The position numbers were made by a program, and so were the translations under genes. Below are positions 23,101 through 35,109 of a stretch of DNA of 64,000 nucleotides, in pieces (the first letter of the stretch is position 1; the number at the start of each line of letters is the position of its first letter). The stretch is taken from the NCBI RefSeq assembly GCF_006345805.1, contig NC_042998.1, positions 59,334,001-59,398,000 on the forward strand, written 5' to 3'. This stretch comes from Octopus sinensis (lineage: Eukaryota). Below the pieces are notes generated by a model that did not search any database, was not told the origin of the DNA, and worked only from the letters and a program-made list of their open reading frames with translations.

Positions 23101-24639
23101 TGCAAATACAAATATACTCACATACATTGCATACATACTATCACAACCATCCACGAACACACGCGCACACATGCACAATTGAAATAGTTTCCGGTCACCT
23201 GGCTCTTAGCTATTGTATATGTATTTGTAAGTTTTTAGAAAGTGGCATCTCTATTGTACAAGGGTTTGTCTGTGTAATGTAAGCATTTTCAGATGGCTTA
23301 CGTACATATATGCATAAAGCACGAAAAGTTTCTCGCTGAGAAGTCAAAGGAATAATTATACGTATTTGACGACGAGCGAACTTCGGGAAGCTTTCTGTTA
23401 GCCGATTGATGATATTTACACATTTGTTTCTCAATATCTGTAGTTTTCGTATATGTTACGTCGAATTTTCCTCTGTATTCTTTATTCGTCTAATAGTGTC
23501 CCTTTGCTCGGAAAACAAACCTCTCATTCTCGCTAAAACTCTAACTTGATTCCCTTAGAAATAAACGTACTTTTAACTGCCAGAAACACACTCATCTCCT
23601 TCGATGATATGCTTTGGTGCCGAGCTAGCCACAATAATAACAACTTCTTCGATATAGCCATGGGCTCCTCCGACTTCACTGAGGTCACAGATCTGGTCGG
23701 ACTATACATTCTCCTGCAACTCCGCATGTATACAAACCACTCGAAGTCAGCGTTAGAACTTATGAAAAAATTGGATACTATATTGACTTAACTTACCCAC
23801 GTTAATCGCCTTCTTTAAACAAACTCAAAATTATCCCAACCCTTACGTGGCCAACAATTTCACCTGCGATAACACTGTGTAACAAAATTTTATTTAATTT
23901 TAATTTGTTTTTGTCTTTGGTTAGTAAGTGATATTTCCTATTTGCTTCTATCTAGAAAGCAAAGGAAATGCCTACTACTACCTTTATTTTCGTGACCTAG
24001 ACATCAATGTTTTGAAATTTACCTATTTTCCATTACATTTCAGATAGATTAACCGCTGCGTTGCTGAAGCAGAAATGTCGTCATAACAAATATTTTGTGC
24101 AATACTACAGATTTCCATGTTACTTACTTGTCTTTAACCACTTGATCATTTCCCTTAGTAGCTGACAATATGTGAATGTCTGGTCGTGAGCAGGAGTAGC
24201 GAGGGAGCATCATAGACAAATATTAGCCATTTTCATACTTTCTCGGGGTAAGCAAATAGGAAATAACAGTTGCTACCAAGGATACTTTTTTTTTATTTTT
24301 TCAAATGACTCCAATATCACTAGAAACTTTCATTTTATTTAATAAATGATTATTTTACAAATTCTTGAAGGGAAAGGGTGGAATAGACCCCAAGAGTATT
24401 TTTCAACTTTATACGTGTAAATTATACAAGAACGAACTCTGGTGATGTGGATTATCCGAAATTCCTCTCACATGTCGAAAAAAAATTTTTTTCAAAATAT
24501 TTCAATAATCCACAGAAAAAGTGTTAAGTCCGATCCCCCGCGTAAAAAGTATTGGCCTGCACGAGTCATGTGCTGTTTCCACGTAAACAGCATTCGTGTC
24601 TGTGCCACATAATAGCGCTTGTGCGGGACAACGTTGAAA

Positions 24640-24795
24640 GAACTCAGCACACTCTGTAACAGTTGGGGTTATGAAGGGCTCCCAGATGCAGAAAACATGT
24701 CAAATCAGACTGATGAATAGTACAGCTCTCCGACTTGCCAGCTCTGGTCAAACCATCCATTCCATGCCGGCATAAAAAAACGGACGTTAAATGAT
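24640..24795 (+). mobile_element. SINE/LINE 3' tail ending in (TGA)n, RTE-like
   Basis: ...CATGCCGGCATAAAAAAACGGACGTTAAATGATGATGATGA; family assignment from memory of octopus repeats. Confidence 0.5.
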
Positions 24796-25122
24796 GATGA
24801 TGATAAATCGTAAGGTACTTAATTTTGCGTAGTTGTAGAAGTTTTCATTACAAAATATCTATTTTCCAGAAAATTATAAAAAAGCGTAATCGGAGAAAAT
24901 ACATTTCTTTGGGAAAGTGAAATAACTTTATATTGAATACAATTTATCTAAGTAAAATATAACCATTATTCTTCTTCAGTTTTTATTTCCTCAAAAGCAC
25001 TATATTTTCAATTATGAAAAGATAGTGGAATCAATATAATTTGGTTAACGCTAAATTAAATTTATAATTTGAAGAAATATTTTTACTGATATGTCTGTAG
25101 AAAGTAGTGCAATGAAGTGCAC

Positions 25123-25157
<35 letters not shown>

Positions 25158-25435
25158 GACAAAGAGAGAACTTTAACAATTACTCAATATTAAAATTCGC
25201 TATCTCGCAGTGAATTAAAACTAGTTTTCTGTAGTTGACATCTTTAATTATAAAAGAATCATGAATCCGATATTTTGATAAAAAGTTATGCTGAAATTAG
25301 AATTTTTAAGAATTTTCTAGATAGTGCAAACTGAAATAATTGCTTCCTTTCAGTAAAAGCTAGATGGTAGTAACTACTTAATAGATAACTTTATTATAGG
25401 ATATATTTACGTGTGCACATGTCTATGTATCTGTG

Positions 25436-25469
<34 letters not shown>

Positions 25470-25471
<2 letters not shown>

Positions 25472-26150
25472 CGTAGGAGTGGCTGTGTATACATATATAC
25501 GACAGGCTTCTTTCAGTTTCCGTCTACCAAATCCAGAGCTATAGCAGAAGACACTTGCCCAAGATGCCACGCAGTGGGACTGAACCCGGGAGCATGTGGT
25601 TGGTAAGTGGCTTGCTTACCATGTATATGTGTATATATGCGTATACAAACATACACATACGTTCAGATAACACACACACACACATACATATATATACATA
25701 TACATATACACGACAGGCTTCTTTCAGTTTCCGTCTACCAAATCCGGAGGTATAGCAGAAGACACTTGCCCAAGATGCCACGCAGTGGGACTGAACCCGG
25801 GACCATGTGGTTGGTAAGTAGCTTGCTTACCAACCACATGGTCCCGGGTTCAGTCCCACTGCGTGGCATCTTGGGCAAGTGTCTTCTGCTATACCTCCGG
25901 ATTTGGTAGACGGAAACTGAAAGAAGCCTGTCGTGTATATGTATATGTATATATATGTATGTGTGTGTGTTTGCCCCCCAGCCGATCCTGGTGTGTTTAC
26001 GTCCCCGTCACTTAGCGGTTCGGCAAAAGAGACCGATAGAATAAGTACTGGGCTTACAAAGAATAAGCCCTGGGGTCAATTTGCTCGGCTAAAGGCGGTG
26101 CTCCAGCATGGCCGCAGTCAAATGACCGAAACAAGTAAAATAGTAAAAGA
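25470..26150 (+). mobile_element. OK-type SINE carrying complex local inverted duplications
   Basis: Forward 5' end 25470-25488, inverted segments 25489-25822, forward body 25822-26150. Confidence 0.85.
25674..25970. repeat. About 297-bp near-perfect palindrome centred on the SINE head hairpin GGTAAGTAGCTTGCTTACC
   Basis: Position i pairs with 51644-i along the arms. Confidence 0.92.
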
Positions 26151-26151
26151 G

Positions 26152-26207
<56 letters not shown>

Positions 26208-26619
26208 CTGAACGTATGTGTATGTCTGTATACGCATATATACACATATACATATGAAGCAGCATTCAGTAAAATAATCGTGTGAGCAATCATATGTAAT
26301 ACGTTCGTGCTTGCTTCCATGTGAAAAACTCTGCGCTACATATATAATCATAACATAGGCCAAAGCCACGGAAACACTAATGCCAATATTGATGACATAT
26401 ACACACCCGCATCCGTATTACAACAACTAGAATTAATCAAGATGCAAACATCCCCGCCTCCTATGAAGGTCGAAGTGTAACTGAAGATGACTGTTGATAC
26501 TGATACTAATTATCAATAGCTCTAATACGACAGTGATAATACAACTACTACTACTACTAATGACAATAATAGTAATAATAATAGCAACAACAACAATAAT
26601 TATAATACGTGCCAATCCT

Positions 26620-27090
26620 CTGATAGCATGCTGGTTTTTAATTTCTCTATAAATATTACGGCATCCTCCATTTCTACTAATAACACTCGTAGGACAGATA
26701 GATGCAACTGCCGATCCGCAACCCAATGCCCGTTGCAAACCCACCGCAGTGGATTTAACGTAGTATACAAATGCACGGTGGACAACGTATTGCATAATTC
26801 TACTACTATATAGGGTCTACTATTAAGTTTAAACATATTCTGCACATATAAACCAAATCTACCTCCCTTGTCAACCGTATAAACCATCTAATAACTAGAA
26901 AGGTACGATACAAGTACCATGAATAATACCGGGCCATCATACCAAAGCCAGCGATCCATCTGTGGACTCTGCTTAAAAGAAGCCTTCCATATATTAATAC
27001 ATAATTCACCGCAATTACTAAATAGACAAACTGGTTTTTCTACTTGTCACATGTTCCATCACACCTTTAAATTCTTCCATAGGACCAAAT
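26620..27090 (+). pseudogene. Decayed GIY-YIG endonuclease of a second Penelope-like lineage
   Basis: CNCRSATQCPL...NVVYKCTV...YIGST (frameshifted)...ICGLCLKEAFHIL...LLNRQ...CH; matches the PLE C-terminal pattern. Confidence 0.75.
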
Positions 27091-27394
27091 GCAAACAACA
27101 TCAACACGCATAACACATTCATCACCGATCGTTACAATACATACATACATGCATAGACACACACACACAAACACACACATATATATGTATATATGTATAT
27201 GTGTGTGTGTGTGTGAATGTGACTGTATGTATGCGTATGTATGTGTGTGCATGTATAGGTATATATACGTCCGCGTCTTATATGTACGCTTATGTGCATA
27301 TATATATGTATGTGTATATGTGTGTTTATATATGTACGTATATATGTTTATGTATATGTATGTATATATATATATATATATGTATATGTATATG

Positions 27395-27426
<32 letters not shown>

Positions 27427-27914
27427 GTGTGTGTGTGTGTGCGTGTGTGTGTGTGCGTGTGAGTTCACTCTCTTCTTTTTACCCTACCTCTGTATCAACA
27501 TAACTATCTTTAAAAAACTAGACAATTTCAACTCAAACATTCTTATAGTCTTTTAGATTTTAATTTTCTTAATATATAATTTTCTGGCTAGGTTTTAAAT
27601 TTAAATTTTCAATTTTGATTTGAATTTGAATTTTAATTCTTAAGCCTTTATCTCATATCATTTGATATACAGTTTTAAATATCTGCACTACACTATTGTC
27701 CTTATAACGTTACCTAAATTGGCCTTCAATCCCAACGCTACTTAAACGTTTAATCTCTAATGTTCATACAATACTGACATATATCATTACCTTTGCTTTT
27801 ATTAATTTATTTTTATTATATTTTTACCCTGTTACCTCTATCTTATTTTTATTCCATTTCTACTCTTTTTCTTTCTCCTCTCTCCCATACATACTCACTC
27901 ACAAAACCCATTTA

Positions 27915-28249
27915 GGTAGTAGGAAGCACTCCGTCGGTTACGACGACGAGAGTTCCGGTTGATCCGAATCAACGGAACAGCCTGCTCGTGAAATTAACGT
28001 GTAAGTGGCTGAGCACTCCACAGACACGTGTACCCTTAACGTAGTTCTCGGGGATATTCAGCGTGACACAGAGAGTGACAAGGCCGGCCCTTTGAAATAC
28101 AGGTACAACAGAAACAGGAAGTAAGAGTGGGAGAAAGTTGTGGTGAAAGAGTACAGCAGGGATCATCACCATCCCCTGCCGGAGCCTCGAGGAGCTTTAG
28201 GTGTTTTCGCTCAATAAACACTCACAAACACCCTGTCTGGGAATCGAAA
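27915..28249 (-). mobile_element. tRNA-derived SINE (truncated at the B box) with 13-bp target-site duplication
   Basis: CAAAACCCATTTA at 27902-27914 and 28250-28262; B-box-like GTTTCGATTCCC at the 5' end; tail shared with 45655-45815. Confidence 0.8.
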
Positions 28250-28764
28250 CAAAACCCATTTATGCTGTATCTGTCAGTAACGTTTTTCTTCTTATTTTTC
28301 TTATTATATTTTTAACTATATTTTTATTTTTATTTTATTCTCATTTTTGACCAATTTACCTTATTTTTAGATCCTTTCTCCTATCTCTCTTTCTCTCTTT
28401 CTCCCACCTCTCTTTCTATCCCTCATACACCCACTCACAAAACCCATTTATGTCCATCATTCTTTCTCACTCTAAATACACATTTACAATATGAATATAT
28501 CATTCAGAATACTGCCAAAATATTGCCTGGATTTACCTGCGATTTAAACTATAAACCTGTATCTTCATGGAAGTACCGACCAACATCCATATCCCCTTGA
28601 AAAAGATGAGTTGTGAACATTATTCGCCTGCCTATATTCTTCTAACTGCATTTACTCGTTATTCTTCAATTTTACTCCTTTATTCTCCTATTCTATTCCT
28701 CATAAACTGTGAATTTTATTCCTTGTAAACTGTAACTTTTCCTCGTTTAAGATATTCATATCTT

Positions 28765-28839
28765 GTCTCCGATGATGGAATACCAAGTTCACGGGCATGC
28801 TAATCTACTACCAGGTTATCCCAGAAACGGCTGTAAGAC
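28765..28839 (+). ncRNA. Degenerate type I hammerhead ribozyme (U4C)
   Basis: GTCT-CCGATGA-TGGAATACC...GGTTATCCCA-GAAA-CGGCTG-TA^-AGAC. Confidence 0.5.
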
Positions 28840-29657
28840 TTCAAATTCACCTTACCCTAATTAAATTATTCTAAATGACTTGAGATACTCATTCTGCCTT
28901 GGTTTCCATTCATCCTCTAATATAATATATATAATACAATATAATATAATATAATATAATATATATATATATCTATATATATATATATATACGATTCGTA
29001 TTGTTCACGTACACGCAAACACAGGTTCACACACTCGTACACACATTGCCTCCCATACACATATGAACACGAGCACGCACGGACAGATGTCAGTTTATTC
29101 AACATTTATCAAACAAAGAAGACGGTTTGACTGCCTTTGAGAGAAACGTTATATGGATGAACGTGTGCGTTTGCGAAGAATATAATCAGAAAATCAAAAG
29201 CAATATCGCATGTATAGGAAAAAAACAACATAGTCAGTATTTAAGACACAAACATACATGTGGATTCACATGCTTATGTACAAACACACACACACACATG
29301 CAGACATACACATACTCACATAATTATCTCGGACAGATCTCGGACGAATCCCAACGCTGGGACATCAGTTCAAAAGAAATTGAAGTAGAGAGACTTGTCA
29401 CTGAAGTGATTGCAACAATGCGATGAAATATTCATTTGACAAAAAAAAAAAAGAAAGAAACGACAACAGTCACAATACTGAAGATTTGAACGATTAACCA
29501 TTTGACATACGAGTTTGAAAAACTGGTAAAAAATACGGCTGATCGATAAATTGGTTAACGGAGTAACTGACATATTAACTAACAATAACAATAAAGGACC
29601 GAACCAGTGCGTGTGCTTATTATCATCAGCATAATGCCCATCCCAAGGTTCAATAAC

Positions 29658-29707
<50 letters not shown>

Positions 29708-29868
29708 TGAGAAAGTCGGTGTGTGAAAGCACGTTGTTGAATATATAGAAAATAGTAAAAAGTGAAAAAACTACAGAAGGCTTGTTTTAAAAGGTTAAAA
29801 AATATATATTTGAGTCAATATGTCTGAAGAATGTTATAAATTTTTTTCATACAATGACATAGTTTTTG

Positions 29869-29906
29869 AAGAAAGACCGGTTTCGCGTTCAGTTTTTCAA
29901 ATTTCT
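29869..29906 (-). ncRNA. U3-A8 hammerhead-like motif in the inverted pLTR (stem II damaged)
   Basis: AGAAAT-TTGAAAA-ACTGAACGC-GAAA-CCGG-TC^-TTTCTT. Confidence 0.4.
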
Positions 29907-30430
29907 TACATTGTTATGTTTACGTTGAGAAGTGTGAAGAAAGAGTTCCAGATAAAAGGGACAGAAATTCAAGATCAAATCTAATTTTACTTGTGCTTCT
30001 GAAAACATAATTTATGTCATAAAATGCTCGGGCTGCCACCAAAACTACGTGGGGTCCACGGGACTATCACTCAGACGTAGATGCACACTGCATCGACAAC
30101 AGATTGCATTCCCAGAATACAGAATGATACCCTTTAGTGAGCACATTGAGAAATGCGCAAAGCAACTACTACCACAATTTTTAATCTTTCCATTTTACCA
30201 ATGTGCTATCGGAACACCAACACAAATTAGACTAAACAAGGAAACATTCTTCATTGAAAAATACAAGCCCAAACTTAACCATTCCAACATTCTTATACAG
30301 AGAAACTCACTCCCAAAAAAAGGCAAAAAATATTAAGCGATTGTCTGCCTTACACCGGAAGAAATCACTTATTACCTCCCCTTATCTGGAACTCTTTCTT
30401 CACACTTCTCAACGTAAACATAACGATGTA

Positions 30431-30468
30431 AGAAATTTGAAAAGCTGAACGCGAAACCGGTCTTTCTT
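30431..30468 (+). ncRNA. U3-A8 minimal hammerhead in the Penelope 3' pLTR
   Basis: AGAAAT-TTGAAAA-GC TGAAC GC-GAAA-CCGG-TC^-TTTCTT; stem I needs one unpaired U. Confidence 0.55.
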
Positions 30469-30608
30469 TAAAAACTATGTCATTCTTAGAAAAAAAATTT
30501 ATAACATTCTTCAGACATAATGACTCAAATATATATTTTAAAAAAAACCTTTTAAAACAACAAGCCTTCTGTAGTTTTTTCACTTTTTACTATTTTCTAC
30601 ATATATAT

Positions 30609-30640
<32 letters not shown>

Positions 30641-30724
30641 GTATATATGACAAGAAGAAAAAATATTAGGTCAAATTTAACATTCCTTACAATTGTCTCT
30701 ATGTCACTCGGATTTGAGGAAGGG

Positions 30725-31050
30725 GGCTAGTCGGTTACACCGGACCCCAGTGTTTCGATAAAATATATTCATCGACCCCGAAAGAATGAAAAAGCAAAGT
30801 CGTCCTCGGCGGAATTTGAACTTGGAACGTAGCAACGGGTGGAATACCTACTTTTATTACCCATAGAGGGGACAAACAAGGACAGACACAGGTATTAAGT
30901 CGATTACATCGACCCCAGTGCGTAACTGGTACTTATCGACCCCGAGAGGATGAAAGGCAAAGTCGTCCTAGGCGGAATTTGAATTTGGAACGTAGCAACG
31001 GGCGGAATACCGCTAAGCATTTCGCCCAGCATGCTCAGGATTGTGCCAGA
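30725..31050 (-). mobile_element. tRNA/CORE-like SINE partial dimer joined through a Tx1-like 3' tail
   Basis: Head...GGTATTCCGCCC...core, then TGTCCTTGTTTGTCCCCTCTATGGGTAATAAAAAGTA, then a restart at GGTATTCCACCC. Confidence 0.7.
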
Positions 31051-31066
31051 TCATCGCTTTCTTATC

Positions 31067-31069
<3 letters not shown>

Positions 31070-31104
<35 letters not shown>

Positions 31105-31256
31105 AAGAAGAAGAAGAAGAACAAGAAGAAGAAGAAGAAGAAGAAGAAGAAGAAGAAGAAGAAGAAGAAGAAGAAAAAGAAGAAGAAAAAGAAGAAAAAG
31201 AAGAAGAAGAAGAAGAAGAAGAAGAAGAAGAAGAAGAAGAAGAAGAAGAAGAAGAA
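31070..31256. repeat. (AAT)n(AAG)n trinucleotide tract
   Basis: Directly visible. Confidence 0.97.
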
Positions 31257-31280
31257 TATGAATACAACTAATTATAAAAG

Positions 31281-31602
31281 CAATTGCAGCGTGAAAGGTG
31301 TTTGTAAACCATTTAAGAAACACACAAAAGCCGTTTGATTCACTTCAACATTTAAGTTTAATTTGTCAAAATATTTTCGTCGCTTTAAGACCGCGACCTG
31401 TTCACTGACAAAAATCCGTGCTGCATCTCTGTTTGGTGGTAGTAGCGACAGAAGGTGTGACAAATTAAACTTAAATGTTGAAGTGAATCGAACGGCTTTT
31501 GTGTGTTTCTTAAATGGCTTACAAACACCTTCCACGCTGCAATTGTTTTCGTTTCAGCACACAATCTCAGATCAAATCACTTGCTATGCAAGTACATCTC
31601 CG
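31281..31602. mobile_element. 322-bp non-coding foldback retroelement with 12-bp TSD and central hammerhead motif
   Basis: TAATTATAAAAG at 31269-31280 and 31603-31614; 88-bp inverted arms 31281-31368 / 31458-31545. Confidence 0.8.
31362..31412 (-). ncRNA. Type I hammerhead-like motif with G3-C8 core variant
   Basis: TTTGTCA-GTGAACA-G-GTCGC GGTCTTAAA GCGAC-GAAA-ATAT-TT^-TGACAAA: 7-bp stem I, 5-bp stem II, palindromic AATATT stem III. Atypical: extra G after A9 and U at position 17. Confidence 0.55.
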
Positions 31603-31879
31603 TAATTATAAAAGAAAAAACAAATAATAAAATTTCCAAATTTTGACACAAGGCCAGTAATTTCGGGTAAGATATAAGTCGATTATATCGAGGCCAGTGA
31701 TCAACTGGCACCCTGAAAGGATGACAGAGAGTCTTCGGCAGCATTTGAAGTCAAAATTTAAAGACAGACGCAATATCGCTAAACATTTTGCCCGGCACCA
31801 TAAAGATTTCGCGAATCACCGCCTTAAACATAGAAGTAATAATAAGAGGAAAGAAAAGTTTTTGTCGTAATAATAATGC

Positions 31880-33620
31880 TTTGGATGGGGTTAACCACCC
31901 AGGTTTGTTTCTAGTACCCCATTAATCCTGACGCGCCCGACGCCTCGAATATACTCGGAAAGGGTACACCTATCTTCCTCAAATTCACCAGCCTACAGGC
32001 GCATTATTAGAGTAGATCCACTCACACAGGCCATTTTCGTTACATTCACCCACCTTTCAGAAAATGTACTGGGGAGCATCACTTCTCTCTTCACCCTAAC
32101 CTTCCTTTCCAAGTCAAATTTGAAAAAAGTTGATGAGGGATTGGCCGAAGAGAAAAGTGTCTATTTGCTGTCCTTTCAACCTGGTCTGCCACACACCTTC
32201 TGTCGCTACTGCCACCAAACAGACGGAAATTGCCTGTCCTTCCTGGCCAAAGAAAGGCGGCGGGTTGATCTTCACAACGGACGCGGCCGATAGCCGGATC
32301 CGTCCTACACGCGACAAGAGCTGTTCGACATAACTCCACAATTCAGTAATGCATGGACATTGGACGAATGCGTCCAGAACGGTTTCATCGCTCTGCGTGC
32401 AGCAGAACCAACTGACAGCACTTCTGTGCCTGTAGAGTTTATCGTGACCCAGCAGTGCCTCCACGTTGTACTGAGATGGGAAAGATTTCTGGAAGTTATA
32501 CATCGTCCCCAGCTCGAACGTCCTCCGGAACAGACCCCTGTCGACAGCCAGGGCCTCTCCGAGTGTATCATCACACTTTCTCACCACTAATCCTCTATAG
32601 ACATCAAGAGTGGATTTTCCACTGACCGATTTGACTGGTAGAGGGCAGTGAGTGCCAGGCAACATTCCAGATGCCAGTCACCCTGTCTGGGTCACTTCTT
32701 GACTCAAGACTACAGCTCAGACAAGGAGACGAGCTGGGGAAAAGCCTACTTGACAAACGTTGACCAACCCTATTCACATTTTAGGAAGAATATCTAGAGA
32801 TGCCGCAGCCTCAGCGCATATCTATGCGTCATTAGCGACGTCGTGCCCAGTCCTCTACATTGAGGGTGCTTGCAGTAGATGGACTGCCTCACCAACGGAA
32901 CTTGTTCCTTCCACAAGAATATGATGAGGAAGCGCTTCAACTTGGCAACGTGCGAAAAGTGGCAAGGCACGTCAGTCAGACAGTAGTAGATAACAGACAC
33001 AATGTACGCAATCGCCAGTTCCGCCCGACCTTCAGAGACAGCTTCCTCACAGCCCATTTATATGTGAGACTAGCTATTCTGCTTGTCACCTCGTCCCAAT
33101 TCGTATCCACATGGAGGTGTGGTTCGAACCAAATCCCAAGCAACTTTACCGGCCTGTCCATACAGCGCCCAACGACACTGTTGGAAGTCATGGACTTGCC
33201 TTTCCAGGTGCCGAGCTGCAAGCCCACCAACTTTTCCGAATTAAGTTTTGCTGCTGTTAGCTTTTCAAATTCCTCCGATCATGTGTCGACCACCTAGATT
33301 TCTGAGATGTACGACACCATCACGTTGATGTCGTTCGCATAAGACGAGAAACCCTTCCACGTCTCAGTTCGAGTAGGATGCCCTGCAGTAGCTCCAGCTT
33401 CCGTAGAAAGGGCTCAAGAGTCAATACGTACAGAAGCGAGGAGAGACGGCACCTTATGATGGATAGATTGGGAGATCTGAGACGGTTTCGAAAGGTGTCC
33501 ATTAACTTTCACCACCGAGCAGATGCCTCTGTGCATTCCAGTGATCCAACATTTGAAGACGAGGCCGAATCCAGCCGTCTTGGGGACAGCCTCTACGTAA
33601 CGATGGTCGACACTATTGAA
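31880..33620 (-). mobile_element. Second Tx1/L1-group LINE fragment (RT to zf-RVT), decayed
   Basis: RCRLSSLLYVLTLEPFLRKL, GLQLGTWKGKSM...KLLGIWF, SDETVLDAFVQCP...VEQLLSRVGRIRLSA; paralogous to 19238-20540. Confidence 0.82.
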
Positions 33621-33739
33621 TGCCTTCGATTGATATAAATTGAAAAGAGCCCCACCGAAGCCAAGTTTACATCCTAGCCTTTCTATGATGTATCACATGA
33701 GGTGGAGGTTGTTGCGCATGGACATGGTCGGGTTTGCGC

Positions 33740-33915
33740 AGGTTTGCGGCTCCCCAACCAAATTTGGGGGGAGAGTGCTAGTCGATTACATTGACCTCAG
33801 TGGTACTCATTTCATCAACCTCGAAACGATGAGAGGTAAAATTGACCCCGGCGGAATTTGAACTGAGAAAGGAGGAACGAAATACCGCTAACGATTCTGC
33901 CAGCTCACCGTCTTA
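33740..33915 (-). mobile_element. tRNA/CORE-like SINE
   Basis: Same family as 30890-31050; followed by an (AAT)n tract at 33915-33998. Confidence 0.7.
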
Positions 33916-33999
<84 letters not shown>

Positions 34000-34000
<1 letters not shown>

Positions 34001-35092
34001 GCCTGAATGCAGTACGAGGCAGTGGTTCTCATGGTTTCTGATCTTAATTGTTTGGAAGTGTTATCATGTGCATTATTTTGTCATAGTATAAAACGATGTG
34101 TTATAGTAAATATTCTGCTCAATACCACAGATTTGCTTGTGGATTGTTTGACCGTAACAAGTTGAGCATGTACCTTGGTGGCTGACGATATGTGCATCTC
34201 TGATCACGAGCAGACCTCATGGGAGAGCATTTTAACCAAGAGTTGAGAGGAATTCTTTGGGGTTTGAATAATCCACCTTTGGAAACATGGGTGTTTTGCT
34301 CAACATCCTCAAACAAACCTTATTCAGGGACCTTTTGAGTCGGATGGGCTACTCGACCTTAAGAAAATTCTAACTGGGCTCCACCTGCGAGGTCATACGC
34401 TGTTTATCTTGATATGAGATCACCGTGTCGCGCACAAATGGCTGTGATGCATGTACCTAGTGTACCCTTATCAGACGGGTGGTCATGATGGGTTTACTGG
34501 GCTTCATATATTTTACCCCAGTGTTACTTTGTTGGCATGCGCTCCTCTCTCAATCAATAATAATAAAATAATAATATGACCTTAACTCATTGGAAGTGTT
34601 AGCATTCTGATCTTAACTGACTGGACGTGTTATCATGTATATGACGACATGGTGAAAAATATGAGCTGCAACAAATATTCTGCTCAATGCCAGAGATTTG
34701 CTTGTCATTTGCTTGATTCTACCCAGTAAAACATGTCCCTTAGTGGCTGATGAAATGTGTATCATAGATCACGTGCAGGTGTAGTCGAGGAGTATGCATT
34801 GAAAGGGATTCTTTGGGGTTTGAATAATTCACCCTTAGAAACATGGATGTTTCGTTCGTTCTCTTTAAACAACCCCTATTTAGGGACCTTTTGAGCGCGA
34901 TGAACCTCTGAAGAAAATTCTACCTAACCTCACCCTGCAAGGTCATGTGCTGTTTAATTTGGTATGAGATCACCTTGTCGTGCATGCACCAAGTGGACCC
35001 TTAGCAGATGGATAGCCATAATAGGTATATTTGGGCTTAGTATACTTGTATCCCAGCATCATTTTGATGACGTGTGCTGCTCTCACACTCAA
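34000..35092 (+). mobile_element. Two tandem copies (about 34000-34557 and 34577-35092) of a non-coding 520-560-bp element bounded by (AAT)n
   Basis: Copies align over their length (TCTGATCTTAA...AATATTCTGCTCAAT...GGGACCTTTTGAG...GAGATCACC...CTCTCA(A/C)TCAATAATAAT); a third fragment at about 24050-24240. Confidence 0.7.
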
Positions 35093-35109
35093 TAATAATA
35101 ATTGTGGTA

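Larger units (their letters stand above)
29745..30600 (+). mobile_element. Penelope-like element with inverted pLTR (29745-29960 minus, 29961-30600 plus), same family as 7245-8112
   Basis: GIY-YIG ORF remnant 29961-30336 nearly identical to 7524-7880; 29745-29960 is the reverse complement of about 30376-30600; both ends run into TA repeats. Confidence 0.9.

Noticed and set aside
23190-23830. pogo/Tigger-like DDE transposase remnant (DQICDLSEVG)
   Set aside because: Too decayed to support without a profile search.
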